DNA of 64,000 nt, taken from assembly GCA_043228905.1 (NCBI GenBank), contig JBHGNT010000011.1, forward strand, positions 3,410,001-3,474,000. Direction: 5' to 3'. Below, in pieces: positions 51,101 to 64,000 of the stretch (its first letter is position 1; each line of letters opens with the position of its first letter). A program made the translations under genes and the position numbers. The DNA is from Azolla caroliniana (lineage: Eukaryota > Plantae > Polypodiophyta). The notes under the pieces are model-generated. The model was not told the origin of the DNA. It was given only the letters and a program-made list of their open reading frames with translations, and ran no database searches.

Positions 51101-52130
51101 TGCTCAAAAGTAATTGTACCTCATTAAAATCAACAAAAAACGTGAAATTCAGTAGCATCCAACCCTCGACTCAAGAATATCATCTCAGGGTGATGAACAA
51201 CTAGAGATCTACAAACCAATTATTTTGCTAGAAGAAGATGGACAGCAAAATAGAGAAATTTTAGACCTTGAAGATGAAGATCAAATACAACCACCTACAA
51301 ATGAAGAAATAACTGCTGAACTACAACAAGAAGATATTCCATTTGACTTGGAACCAATTCCAGATAATGTAGATCATGGGTTAGGAGATCAACACGGTTG
51401 AAGCATCCACCAAATGTATGATCCATCTCTTCATCAAATTCTTTTAACATATGAAGGGAAGGCTCTCACTCTTAAAGAGGCTCAGACATGTGAGCATTCT
51501 AACAAGTGGGAGCTCGCAATGCAAGAGGAGATGATAACATATGAAGGGAAGACTCTCACTCTTAAAGAGGCTCGAATATGTGAGCATTCTAACAAGTGGG
51601 AGCTGAAAGCACTCCATGAGAATAACACGTGGGAGCTTGTGGAGCAACCCAAAGGTAAAAAGGGTATTCCCAACAAGTGGGTCTACAAGGTGAAGACTCT
51701 AGAAGGTAAACCCAAGTATAAGGCTCGTTTAGTAGCCAAAGGGTACAAACAAATACAAAGAATTGATTTTCATAAGGTTTTGCTCCAATAGTCAAAATGA
51801 CTACACTCAGGACACTTTCACTATTTCAGCCTTTTTGGATTTGGAATTATAGTCAAATAGATGTAAAGACAACTTTCCTTCATGATAGCCTTGATGATGA
51901 ACTTTATATGTTGCAGCTTGAAGGGGTCCCGATTCCTGGAAAAGAGCATTTAGTTTGTAAACTTTGACACAGCCTCTATGGGCTGAAACAAACCCCATGT
52001 CTTTGGTATAAGAAATTTGATTTTTTCATGCTCTCAAATGGCTTCAATTGAAATACCACGTGAAGGGCAGCACGAGAATTAGGGTTGAAGTCAACCAGAG
52101 AGGGAGAGAGTCTGAATGAGAGACAAAGGG

Positions 52131-52207
<77 letters not shown>

Positions 52208-55200
52208 TATTAACGTCTTTTAAGAGGCCAAAATGGCCGATAAGACCAAATAAGAGATTACATCTTAAGTGTTGTCTCGTCTTTGAGAACAAATCAAAAT
52301 AAAATAAATATTACACAGTAAATATAAAAGTAAATAACATGAAAAGAAAAGAAATGAGGGAATCTGGTTTTTGGCACATGTGAGATCCTCAAGTTAGGTA
52401 TATTGTAGCTTTTGTCTTGGGTACAAAGAGTGTACCACTTTTTGGTTTTTAGATATTATGTATACACAAGTAAAAAATGTGTTACGAGTGCATTCACACT
52501 TGTGCACTAATAAAAGGCACGATGGCCCTTTATTCCCAACACCACGCATCATTTTCTTCATATGAAAAAGGAAACATCATTTTGGTTTTGTATGTTGACA
52601 TGCTCATTGCAGGAAAGCATGACATAAGTTTGCAGGAATTAAAATGCAAACTCAATTCTGCATTTTCTATGAAAAATCTCGGAAACACTCAACACATTCT
52701 TGGGATAAGAATCAGATGGGACAGACAAAAGAAGTTACTATTTGTGTCTCAAGAGAAGTACATTGAGAAGGTATTGGAAAGATTTCAGATGACTGATGGA
52801 AAGCCATCTTCAGTGCCTCTTCAATCACAAGAAAAGCTTTCAAAAGCACATTATCCCAAAGACGAAGAGGAAATAGAAAAAATACAGGCTATCCTATATG
52901 CTTCAGCTTGTGGGTCCTTGATGTATGCAATGGTATCAAGACGACCTGATATTGCATACGGAGTAGTAGTAAGCAGATTTATGAGTCAACCTAGACGAAG
53001 CCATTGGGCTACAGTCAAGTCTATCCTTAGATATCTCAAAGGCATTAAGAAAAAAACATTTTTTATTGTAAAGGGGACTTGAATCTTCATGGCTATTGTG
53101 ATTCTGATATGGCTGAAGATGTAGACACAAGAAAATCTACTTATGGCTACATCTATACTCTTGCAGGTGGAGCTATTGTGTGGTGTTTAAGGCTGCAACG
53201 AATCGTTGCACTCTCTATGACAGAAGCTGAGTATGTCTCAGCTACAGAGGCTTCAAAGGAGGCCATTTGGTTAACTCTTTTGTGTAGTGAGCTTGGACTC
53301 TCAAAGCAAATTCTAGTCCTACATTGTCATAACCAAAGTGCCACATTTTTGGCAAAGAACCCTATTTACCATGCAAGGACCAAACATATCGATATTTGCT
53401 ATCACTTCATTAGAGAGGTGATAGAGGATGGTCAAATCCAATTGGTAAAGATTGATACCACCAAAAATCCGACAGATTGTTTGACAAAGTGTTTATCAAA
53501 GACACGTCACCAATACTGTCTTGAGCGAGTAGGAGTTGTCTAGCAGAGTAACTTAGCTCCTTTAAGTGGGAGGTTGTTGGAATTAAAGGCCCTTTAGGTT
53601 TCTCTAACTAAACTAGAAAAACAAGTTTTGTTAAAGTTGTACAGTGTCGTTTTCATAGCTGTACTACAACTTTGAAAAGAATATTTTGTAGTTTGAATGG
53701 GATCCTTGGATAAGATTCTCACTCAGCATTAAATAGGTATTTATGAGGTCATGGCTTAGCTGTCACATCAGCATTTAAAGCTCTTTATTTAAAAGGATAT
53801 TCTATGTATCTTGAATAGCTCAAATATATTTTTGTGCACTCCTACCTTGTATATTGTTTTTTTAGCAGCTGGCTTTTGTTTTGCAGAAATGCTTCTACTT
53901 CTTTAATTCCTCCCATGTGTTACGTGTTAAACCCCATAATTGTTTTTAGTTTCTATATCTCTGCCTTTAGATATTTCAGAAAACTGTCAATCTATCTTCT
54001 ACTTCCTTACATCTTTTGCTAAAATCTTGTTAGTACATTCAGATGTATGTCAGATGCCAGAATTATCTTTAGGGGGAAAGAAATATTTTCACTTTTGTCA
54101 ATGATACTTGCATGGAAGGTATGGGTGTATCCTATCTGTAGCAAGGACAAAGTGCTGGACAAGTTAAAAAAATTCTTGGCATTGATTGAGAATCAGATTG
54201 ATAAGGCATGCATGTGTCTTCGCTCTGATAATGGTGGGGAATATCTGTCCAAGGCCTTCCAGGTATGTTGTGACATCAAAGGAATAAAAATGGTGCTCAC
54301 TGCCCCTCATAATCCACCCCAAAATGGAGTTGCAGAGCGTATGAATTGAACTATACAGGAAAAGGTTCGTACTATGCTGTCTCATGCTGCATTATGCCAT
54401 GGTGTTTGGACAGAGGTTGTTATGACAGCTGTTCACTTGACTAATTGGTCACACAACAGGTCTTTGGGGGGAGGAATCCCTCAAGAAGCATGGTCAGGCA
54501 ACCCCCTTCAAATGCATACCTGAAAGTGTTTGGCTGCGAGGCTTTCTGTGCACATTCAAAAAGAAGAACACAGCAAACATGAGCCAAAATCTTGTAAATG
54601 TATTTTCCTGGATGTGGTGATGAGGGTGTAATGGGGTATAGATTGTGGGATGCCGTGAAAAGGAAAATAGTACATAGCAATGATGTTATCTTCGGGGAAA
54701 GTCGCACGCATAAACAGCCCGTAAAGATTGAGGAAGCTCTTGGGGTTTTATACCAAGAAGAAATACTTTTGGACCACAAAATGTGCCCACTGTACGGCAG
54801 CAAATACCTGCTGCAAATGTGCCGGCAAATGCATAAAATGATGCTGGAAATGATCAGCAGACCTTTGCCCAAAATGATGAGCCACCAAATGTGCAGGGAC
54901 AGCCAGCCTTCGTAGCCTAACATTTGACAGCATTTACTCCACCATTTTCTTTATAAAACTGAATGCTGAAAGTATCTCTGAAAGAAATTATAGAATTGTA
55001 GTGTGGATATACAATGATGATTGTATTTTCAAAGAACTGTTGCAAATGCTTTTCTTTCCACCACCAACACTTCTGCGCCTAGTGCTTCTTTTCTTGATAT
55101 TTTATTTCTCCTATTCTTTACATGAACGAGTTGATTGAAGATGAAGGATCTATATATAAAATTATTTTTTCGTACCTGCTTGTAAGAAGTGCTGCTTTCC

Positions 55201-56913
55201 TTTCTCTTGGTCTATTCTGTTGCTTTCTGTAGCAGCATTTTGATTTTCCATCTTATTCTACAGCTTTCTGTTGAAAGATTGAGCTCAATGAAGAAGTACG
55301 TTTTTGGCCTTGGGACATCACAGGTAGAGTATCTTTATATGTTCAGATATGATGTTTTATTTCAAGTCTCTGCATAGGAACCATACAATTTGATAATTAT
55401 CTCTGACACTTGCAGGTGCTAGCTACAGCACTCTTTGTTGGCCTATTTTCTCGGTATATTTGTGGGTTTTCAGGTCCTGCAGCTATTGTTGTAGGAAATG
55501 GTCTAGCTCTCTCATCAACTGCAGTTGTCCTGCAGGTGGTTATTCAATATTTCTGAAAGTTTTCTTCCTTAGATTTATAACATCTTCTGGTAAAATATCT
55601 TAAGAATTTCCTTCCCTGCTATTATTAAATAAGAATAACATATTTCTTTTTTAAGATGAATGGCAACTATGCTTTAGTAATAGATAGTGTAGCTGATTGT
55701 ACATGGCAATGGCTATCACCGAATAAATTTGTTTTTTAAGGTGTTTCTAGCTTCTTTCGTCTTGTTTTGATGATGTAATAAAATAGAAAAGAGACATGCA
55801 AGCAGATTTCAAGCGACAATAACATCTTTTGTTTTAAACAGTCGAGAGAATTTAGATTTACAAGTGAACACATTTGAACCCAAGGCTAGCCCAAACTTAT
55901 TTAATGTTCATTTTGTTCAATATTTAGGTTCTCCAAGAACGAGGAGAGAGTACATCACGCCATGGGCGTGCAACATTCTCAGTTCTGTTATTTCAGGTAA
56001 TATGTTTTATCTATTTTGAGAAACACAATAACAAAAATACGAATAATGCATCGGAGGACATTACTAATCTTCGGTAAGTATTTCAACACTGTTGTTAACT
56101 AGGATGTGTGAGATATTTGTAGATTCACATGCATTCATATTATAAGAAACTGTTGGATGGGTTAACATCTGGAGCGTGTCGCGTCATTTATTTGGCAGGA
56201 TCTTGCTGTTGTTGTCTTGCTGATCTTGATTCCGCTTATTTCCCCAAATTCTTCAAAAGGAGGAGTGCGTACAACTTTTTCTATTGCTCTAAACTGGTCT
56301 TCTCAATATAGCAAAGATAGCATATCCAGAAAAAGCTGCTTTTTGATTCCCTTGTGTTTGTAAAGAGGACAAATCATGATTATAGTCAACAAGATTTTTA
56401 TGGATTGATTATTTGGATCTTTCAGGTTGGCTTTCAGGCCATAGCTGAAGCTCTTGGAATTGCTGCAGTTAAGGGTGTTGTAGCTATTGGGGCAATTATT
56501 GCTGGTGGACGCTTGGTAAGTTACACTTATATTCATTATTACTAACATAGGCTACATGCAGACTCTGTGGTGTTTACACGTTTGCAAACTGTCTCCATGT
56601 AGCTTCTTCGTCCTATCTACAAGAGGATGGCTGAGAATCATAATGCAGAGATATTTGCTGCCAATACTTTGTTTGTAGTACTGGGGACTAGTGTCCTGAC
56701 TGCTAGGGTGAGTTCTCTAGAAAACATTTATAATCATATTATTTCAATCAATAGAATGCTGATGCTTTTTCTTAATAATATTAGGCTGGCCTTTCTATGG
56801 CACTGGGAGCTTTTCTGGCAGGACTTCTACTGGCAGAAACAGAGTTTGCCTTGCAAGTGGAATCTGATATCGCACCATACCGTGGCCTGCTTCTTGGTTT
56901 ATTTTTTATGACT
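42744..56913 (+). CDS. KEA2: Chloroplast inner-envelope K+/H+ antiporter KEA1/KEA2-like (CPA2 family), exons 1-11; continues beyond the window
   Basis: GT-AG exons in consistent phase: 42744-44644, 44737-44905, 45223-45313, 47034-47170, 55264-55323, 55416-55535, 55928-55996, 56199-56264, 56426-56515, 56603-56707, 56785-56913. Diagnostic peptides: [139 protein letters not shown]1 and KEA2 cannot be distinguished. Confidence 0.95.
49596..54011 (+). mobile_element. Internally deleted and rearranged Ty1/copia in KEA intron 4
   Basis: LTRs 49596-50047 and 53575-54011 with perfect TSD TCTTT. PBS TGGTATCGGAAC. gag start ([11 protein letters not shown]), RT and RH (53079-53543). Inverted pre-integrase segment 50348-50530, 90-bp duplication at 51447/51537, and an (AAAG)n-containing insert ~52049-52560. 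Confidence 0.9.
52130..52204. repeat. (AAAG)n microsatellite
   Basis: Direct reading. Confidence 0.95.
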
Positions 56914-57040
56914 GTGAGTTAAATATGGTTTTATTTCTGTATGTAGTGGCATCGTATTGAAGCACACAGTTTTGATGTTATTCTTTTTAGGTCTCAATTG
57001 CCATTCTGGCTTCTTTAGCAATCTTAATATGACCTGTCTA

Positions 57041-58396
57041 CTCCCTTGTAGTATTTACACTTGTCACATTCATGCATACCTACATGCTCTATTATAGATT
57101 CACATGCGTGCAACAAGTATGCATGCCGTGTAGTATAACTGTAGTCATCTCCGATTGCGGACCCCAGTTTGTCTCTCACTTTTGGCAGCGCCTGCTACAA
57201 ACTTTAGGCATCTCTGTCAAGTTGTCCTCGGCGTATCACCCCCAAACTGATGGGCAGACGGAGCGCGTCAACCAAATCCTTGAGCAGTATCTTCGGTGCT
57301 CGGTTAGTTACCAACAAGATGATTGGGTCAACTTACTTTCATTTGTGGAATTCGCCTACAGTAATTCTCTCCATGCATCGACTGCCATCACTCCCTTCTT
57401 TGCAAACTATGGTTTACAACATCACTTCAACATTTCCCTTCCTACCACTTCCGTGAACCCTTCGGCGGAGGATCGCGCACGCATTTTAGAAGAGCTACAT
57501 CATGATTTATTCTTGGAGCTTAGTCTCATTAGTGAACGATACAAGAAGCAGGCTGATCATCATCGATCTGCCACTCCACACTTTGTCGTTGGAGACATGG
57601 TCTGGTTGTTACGCCGACACATCTCTACTACTCGCCATGTGTGAAACTTGATTACAAGAAGTTGGGACCATTCTGTATCATCAAGCGCATCAATCCCATC
57701 GCCTTCCGGCTCGCCCTTCCATCCCACTTCCGGATTCACAATGTTTTTCATGTCTCCCTCCTTGAACCCCATTATGCTTTGCAACTCCCAGGACGTCAGG
57801 CCCCACCACCACCACCTGTGCAATTGACGACAAGGGAGAAATACGAGGTTGACCAAATCCTTGACTCACGTTGGCACCGTCAACACTTGCAATACCTCGT
57901 CTTGTGGAGGGGTTACCCCATGTCTGACGCCACGTGGGAACCATCGGAAAATTTACCAAATGCCCTAGAGGTGGTCCAAGATTTTCATCATCGATATGCA
58001 CACAAACCGGCGGCCGATTTGGGAAAGCGGCGTAGGAGGGGGGTAATGTCAAGATTCGAAACTCTTGACATGACCATATTATAATCAAGTATTATGGGTT
58101 AACCAACATATCTAGTATACAATTATGTATATAATTGGTCCGTGTAGTTTTGGCTAGTATCATGTGCATAGTTGCTCCCTTGTAGTATTTACACTTGCAC
58201 ATGCATGCGTACCTACATGCTCTATTGTAGATTCACATGCGTGTAATAAGTATGCATGCCGTGTAGTATAAATAGTTGAGTTCACCTTGAAGGAATTCAA
58301 GGTGAACAACACAGTTATGGAGTCTTTCAGTTAATACTACTCATCCATTTGGTTATCTTCTTTCTTGTCTCTTGTGCTTATGATCTATCCGTGATA
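57041..58396 (+). mobile_element. Internally deleted Tcn1-like chromovirus in KEA intron 11
   Basis: LTR fragment 57041-57138 (copy of 58175-58271) is fused to INT (SDCGPQF...YHPQTDGQTER). Chromodomain YEVDQILDSR...YLVLWRGY..ATWEP, PPT AGGAGGGGGGTAA, 3' LTR 58047-58396. Confidence 0.88.
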
Positions 58397-60554
58397 GTAA
58401 GGAGATAATGGTGAGAGGTTGCTAAAAATAGGATCAATTCCGTTGTTGTTCCCTACATCAATTGAGAAACAAGTGAGCATAGGAGATAAGGAAGAAGAAG
58501 GAAAAGAAGATGAGGAACCTATGTGTTGAGACTCAAGCTGAGGGGGAGCTAAAGGTGTATACAAGGAAGAGGAGGCAGAAAGAAGGAAATATGAACACGT
58601 CTTCATTGCCACATGTGCCATCAAGTTCCATGTCCCGACCTGCCTCGACTTCTGAAATACCTACAGAACTCCCAACCCCAGAAATCAAAGGTGATATGAT
58701 TTCCTCTCCTTCTCCTATAGAGATTAGGAGGACCTCTCGTAGTAGTGCAAGAGTCCCTCCTGATCGTTATGGTTTTCCTCATGATATTGCTCAGTTTATC
58801 TCTTATTCTAACATATCAGCTACACATAGAGCATTCATTGCATCATTAGACTCTGTCACTTTACCCAAGTGTTGGCAGGTTGCTAAAGAAGATCCAAAAT
58901 GGAAAGCAACCATGCAAGAAGAACTCGGAGCTCTTGAGAAGAACAAAACTTGGGAGATTGTGTCACTACCACTAGGAAAGAAGGCGGTTGGGTGCAAATG
59001 GGTGTTTACAATAAAATAGACCCCAAAGGGAAAAATAGATCGATACAAGGCACAATTGGTGGCTAAAGGATATAGTCAGACATATGGCATTGACTATGAT
59101 GACACTTTTGCACATGTGGCGAAGATGAGCACTATTAGAACTCTTATTTCCTTAGCAGTGAATAAGGATTAGAAATTACATCAATTAGATGTAAAAAATA
59201 CATTCCTTCATGGAGAGTTGATGGAGGAAGTGTACATGGATGTCCCCCCAGGTTTTGATACAATTCAAATAGTAGGTAAGGTTTGCAGACTAAGGAAGTC
59301 ACTTTATGGACTAAAGCAATCTCCTCGAGCTTGGTTTGACAGGTTAAGAAGGGTTAGGTGGGTATGGGATACCAACAGACGAATGCAGACCATACAATGT
59401 TTTTTCAACCACACAAGGAGCATACTACATTACTTGCTGTATATGTGGATGATATAATTATCACAGGTAACGATGAAGGAGAAATTGCACAATTGAAGGT
59501 GAAATTGGGTAAAGAGTTTGATGTGAAGGATCTAGGATTGCCACGATACTTTATTGGAATTGAGGTAGCTCGTGGAATAGGAGTTGTTCTATCTCAGTGA
59601 AAATATGTATTAGATCTTCTCACAAAAACTGGAATGTTGGGTTGTAGGCCTGTAGCTTCTCCAATCGACCAAAAGATCAAGCTAACTGAACTTGCAGCAG
59701 AGAAAGTTGATCGTGAAAGGTATCAAAGATTGGTAGGTCGGCTGATTTACTTGACTCATACCCATCCAACTATTTCATTTGTAGTAAGTGTGGTAAGTCG
59801 CTACATGCATGATCCGAGGAAAGATCATATGGATGCAATGTACCATATTCTAAGATATCTCAAAGGTGCCCCGGGGAAGGGATTGATCTTTAGAAAACAT
59901 GGTCATTTTAACATTGAGGGCTATTGTGATTCTAATTGGGCCAGTTGTGTTGATGATATAAAATCCACATCAGGATACTGCATGTTCGTTGCGGGCAATC
60001 TGGTCTCTTGGAAGAGTACGAAACAGTCAGTAGTAGCAAGGTCAACAGCGGAAGCAGAGTATAGAGCTATTGCTGTAGGAGTTGCGGAGATGTTATGGCT
60101 GAGAACTCTCCTAATAGAACTAAAGGTGAATCAAAAAATCAGATGATGCTGTGGTGTGACAATAAGTCAACAATCAGCATTGCCAACAATCCGGTACAAC
60201 ATGATAGGACCAAGCACATCGAAATCGACAGATTCTTTATCAAGGAGAAGCTTGATAATGGAATATTAAAATTGAGTCATGTTTCTACTGAACATCAAGT
60301 AGTAGATTGTCTTACAAAGGGACTTGGGCTAGTAAGTTTTACTAGATTGTGTGACAAGATGGGCTTAGTGGATATTTTTCGCCCATCTTGAGGGGGAGTG
60401 TTGAGAATGATTAAAAGTCATAACGGCTAGCCCAACAGCTAGTTAGCTCCAACAACTAGTTAGCCCAACGGCCAGATCTTGGCCTTTATAAAGAGGAACT
60501 TTCTCCTCATGTAAATATGAACGATCTCTATATTTTCTCCCTCTTGTTGTGACA
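58397..60554 (+). mobile_element. 5'-truncated Ty1/copia (Ale-like) RT-RH plus short 3' LTR (60399-60554)
   Basis: [58 protein letters not shown] followed by TGTTG...GACA. Confidence 0.85.
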
Positions 60555-60779
60555 TACCAATGTATATTATTGAACAGATGTGCCTTCTCATTTTTCAATT
60601 TATGATGTATGTGAGGGTGCATGACATGCATGTAATGCATGTGATGTATGATCACCATTTGGCACACATGCGTTACATTTGATGCATGATAACCATCCTA
60701 CTAATCTGAGTTCCCATGTATGAAAATAGACATAAGATATCAAACTACTATATTGGGATGCCCAACAATTGTCTTTTTG

Positions 60780-62480
60780 CAGGATTAGAAGCTTGGAAAG
60801 GAATGTTTCTAAATCAGCTAATGTAGTGAAGTCCTAAGACGGGGGGAGTTTGGTCACGCTCTCTAAAATGGTTGTTCTTGAATGATGTGCAAATGCGAAG
60901 GCGTAATCCTGATTCTTGCATCTAATAAATCTTTGTTAGGAATCATCAGGGCATGGGATGTGATTAAGTCATTTTTGCTTAAAGATAAGCCTTTTATGTA
61001 GGATGCATTTCTTAATCAGCCTCTTCTCGCAAATTCTTTATTTTGGGATAATGCAAGAAAAGTGTTGGACCTTAGAACTCGCCTTGCCTAGGGTAAATTG
61101 TATAATGGTCCAGCTGCGTCTGTAAGAACTTGGACTCAATTTCAGCAAATGCCACGAGCAGACCGTCTCGTGCATTTACAATCTGTTCATGGTGCCAAGA
61201 TAATGACTGTTGACATTTCAGTGGCATATTCTTCGTTTTCTACAATCTTCCAACCCATACAAGAACATTTTTGGTTTGGATGCTTCATAAATGACACATT
61301 ATTGGCTGTCAAGGGTGTCTCACCTAATAGGTGCATTTCTTATTTTGAGGTTCTTGACAACAAATTGCAGTCTTATGCCTTTGATTGCAACTATCTACAA
61401 CACTTGTGGAGTGCATTAGTTAGAGTGGTTGCTAAAACTGGAAAGAAGTGGTTGCTTAATCCTTATCCTTCCATCGCTCACATGCGTGATATGATGTGGT
61501 TGTATGCAAATGAACGTGTTGCAAGATTACTATGGGATGGGAGGGGGGGTTGGTTCTGGTCACACTCCTTGAGGGAACAGACCATAAAGGTTCCCTTCTT
61601 TCAGTATTCAGTGAAACTTGGAAGGTCATTACTGATGTCTCGGAATGTAATGGTACCAGCTGTTGACATATTTCGGTAGTGATGTGTGTGAACACACTTA
61701 GGACAGTGCTGTGTGAACACACTTAGGATAGTGATGTGTGTGAACACACTTAGGACAGTGATGTGTGAACACACTTAGGACAATGATGTGTGTGAACACA
61801 CTTAGGACAACATGGGCATTTTTTCCCTCTTTAGGAGGTTTTTTCCCCCTGTCTATATATACTCTCATAACCCTAAAGTGGGTAACCTTTTTGGGATTCA
61901 AAGCAAGAACCCAACACCAGCAGCTAAAAAACATCGGACTAACTGGGGTGTTTCAAATTTGCATTTGAAAACCTAATGGAGATGGATTTGGGCATTCAAG
62001 GGGCAAACTAAATTTATTCAAATGGCTATTAGTGCATGCAGCATTACCACTTGGCAATTCATTGAAAGGGAATATATCACCCAATCTTAACCAATGTGGC
62101 TTTTGCTATGCACAGCTCAGGAGACTACCAAGCATGCCCTTTGGTCTTGTCCCTTGGCTCAACAAGTATGGGCATAAAGTTCTTTGTTTATTCCTAACGA
62201 TCAATGCTGGTTGCTTGATCTCTTGGGGAGCGGCGATGTGGGGAGTTTTACATTCCAGCTTGATGCTGTATGAGGCAGATGATGTTCACGAGGCCATGAT
62301 GGTACACAATAGAAGATTGATATTAGTTAGTCCATTTCAGCAACCTCGAAAGCAGGTGCGATCTGTACATGTCTGGAAAACAGTGACTATGGTAACGTTA
62401 TGGGCATTATGGAAACGTAGATGGATTCAAGGGCCTCAATGAAACTATCGACTTCCATGGACCCTTTCTTGAATATCTGT
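60780..62480 (+). mobile_element. Decayed LINE 3' region in KEA intron 11
   Basis: PKT.GG-like motif (~60832) and zf-RVT-like WLLVHAALPLG...CGFC...H..WSCP and TLWALWK.R (62020-62442). Confidence 0.55.
61661..61916 (+). mobile_element. Solo LTR, 256 bp, with 5 tandem 25-27-bp units
   Basis: TGTTG...CAACA ends and perfect TSD CCAGC (61656-61660, 61917-61921). GTGTGAACACACTTAGGA repeated 5 times. Confidence 0.88.
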
Positions 62481-63589
62481 ACACCATGGCAGTATACCTC
62501 ATCAAATTTCAAAACCCCTTTATAAGTTCCTATCTTTGGCCTTACGATAACTATACATCACTGTGCATAAAACGTTGTAAGCCGTTGGGCAGATAACTTC
62601 AAGTTGTAGCCTTCGGGCATTTTTTCTTAATACTACTGAAGAAAATCTTTCAAGGAAAAAAAATAGACATAAGACATAAGTATAATGATGAGAATAGAAC
62701 CAGATAGAAGAGTTTATCGTAATGATTTTTATTCTGTACTTGATGGTCTCATAAATGTCCCTTGATATAATATTTGAATTTGTTTCGTGAAAACGTGAAA
62801 ACGTATGTCTATATAAGATGGCTTGATTATCCTCCAATGTGTAAAAAGTGTTTTGGGGTTGATCCATTCTATTTTGTTTTCCAAGTTAATATTATCAGTT
62901 CAGATTACTCTATTCTTTTTCACTTTGTTCATGTTTAGGTGGGCGCAATCCAGGCTATACTGAAACAATGGGTAGTCCATTTATGTTTGTGCCATGTGGC
63001 ACGATCTATTATCGCATTTCATCATACCAACAACATGAAAGAGAGATGATGATGCAATGGTGTGGTCAGATCCAAAACAGTACTTGTGTGTATCCACATC
63101 ACCTGCCATGTCTGAATCACAAAATCCTTTTAACTCTAATGGATCCTTTCCATATCATTTACCTTTGGTCCCTTTCAAATATGTCATGGTAGATCTGATT
63201 GCCTCCCATGAGCTCTACCTGGATTAGCCATGAACCTACAAACAACTCCAACTGCATGAGGAATGTCTGGCCGAGTGGCAACCGTAGCATACATAAGTGA
63301 AGTGAACAACAAGCTCTGATGCATATGGGAACATTCTTCATGTAATTGGCTGCATCATTATCTTTGGGAAAAACATCCTAAACTGATTTAAACCGGTTTA
63401 GCTAAACGGTTTTGGCTTGAGCTGAGCTGTTGCCGATTCCTAGCTGTAAAAATCAGAATGAACTAGATCAAGAAGATTAGGCTTACAAGAGACACCAGAG
63501 TAGTAGGAATTCTTTACTTGCTTACCATATTGGCATTCATTACAAAAATCAAGTTTTGAGCTTTAAGCATGAAATTGTCAAAGTTGAGA

Positions 63590-64000
63590 CAAGATTGCCT
63601 AGTCTTCACTTTGAATAAGTGGGAGTTTTGTTTTTCGTGTTTGTTCTATAATCCTTCTTTCACCATGGCAAATACATTAGCCATGTTGGGGTAGAATTCA
63701 GTAAATTTGATGGCATTGGATTCGACTTATGGAAGGTTAGAATGGAAACCACATTTTACTTACAAGGAGGAAAACAAATCAACTAGTATCGATGATGCGA
63801 CTTGGAAACTGCTCAAACGTAAGGCAGTTGCCCACATTTATATGGCAGTGCAAATTAAGGGGCTGACTAGTGGTCATGAGGTATGGAGCAAACTGAAGTC
63901 TATGTACGAGTCAACCACTACAGTGAATCAAGTTCAACTGATGGGAAGGGTCATTGCTGCACAGCTTGAAGATGCGAAGTCTGCAGTTGAACACATTTCC
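63590..64000 (+). mobile_element. Copia 5' UTR and gag start, related to 50085-50340; runs off the right edge
   Basis: TTGAATAAGTGGGAGTTTTG and [19 protein letters not shown] are shared with the 49596 element. Confidence 0.75.

Larger units (their letters stand above)
48340..54915 (+). mobile_element. Decayed copia remnant in KEA intron 4 (RH end, PPT, LTR ~48556-48718, PBS, gag, INT), interrupted by another copia
   Basis: PPT AGGGGGAG, then an LTR with GTGTGAACAC, then PBS TGGTACCATAGC (48721-48732). gag traces, [10 protein letters not shown] (49397-49590), and INT SDNGGEY/QNGVAER (54047-54349). Confidence 0.7.

Noticed and set aside
52049-52560. Discrete solo LTR within the copia RT
   Set aside because: An insertion is evident, but no TSD or clear termini were found, so it is left unclassified.
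61678-61810. CRISPR-like short direct-repeat array
   Set aside because: Units are contiguous with no unique spacers, lie within a TSD-flanked solo LTR, and there are no cas genes in this eukaryotic context.
62939-62975. Possible KEA exon 12 (TTTAG|GTG GGC...)
   Set aside because: Translates VGAIQAILKQW, not the expected VGMSIDP-type sequence. The next exon is probably beyond the window.

Overview
Eukaryotic land-plant nuclear DNA, most likely from a flagellate-sperm non-seed plant such as a fern (inferred from an enkurin-domain gene and Tcn1-type chromoviruses). Two host genes face away from each other. A spliced ENKD1/enkurin-domain-like gene lies on the minus strand (1773 to <299, running off the left edge). 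A chloroplast K+/H+ antiporter KEA1/KEA2-like gene lies on the plus strand (42744 to >56913, 11 exons seen, continuing off the right edge). Between them is about 41 kb of nested, decayed transposons: Ty3/gypsy chromoviruses, non-chromoviral gypsy elements, Ty1/copia elements, solo LTRs, two hAT-type MITEs and LINE 3' ends. More elements fill KEA introns 4 and 11. Three features stand out. (1) Three distinct Tcn1-like LTR families share a modular U3: an antisense tRNA-like A-box/B-box cassette at the LTR tip, a phased heat-shock-element array in two of the three, then TATA, then a TTC(G/A)A-initiated segment that is exactly complementary to a non-tRNA PBS (Tf1-type self-priming). (2) Two unrelated gypsy insertions with perfect 5-bp TSDs end not in U5 but in an inverted copy of their own U3 tip. 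(3) One copia LTR is split across 20 kb. All calls come from manual reading; no searches or alignments were run.
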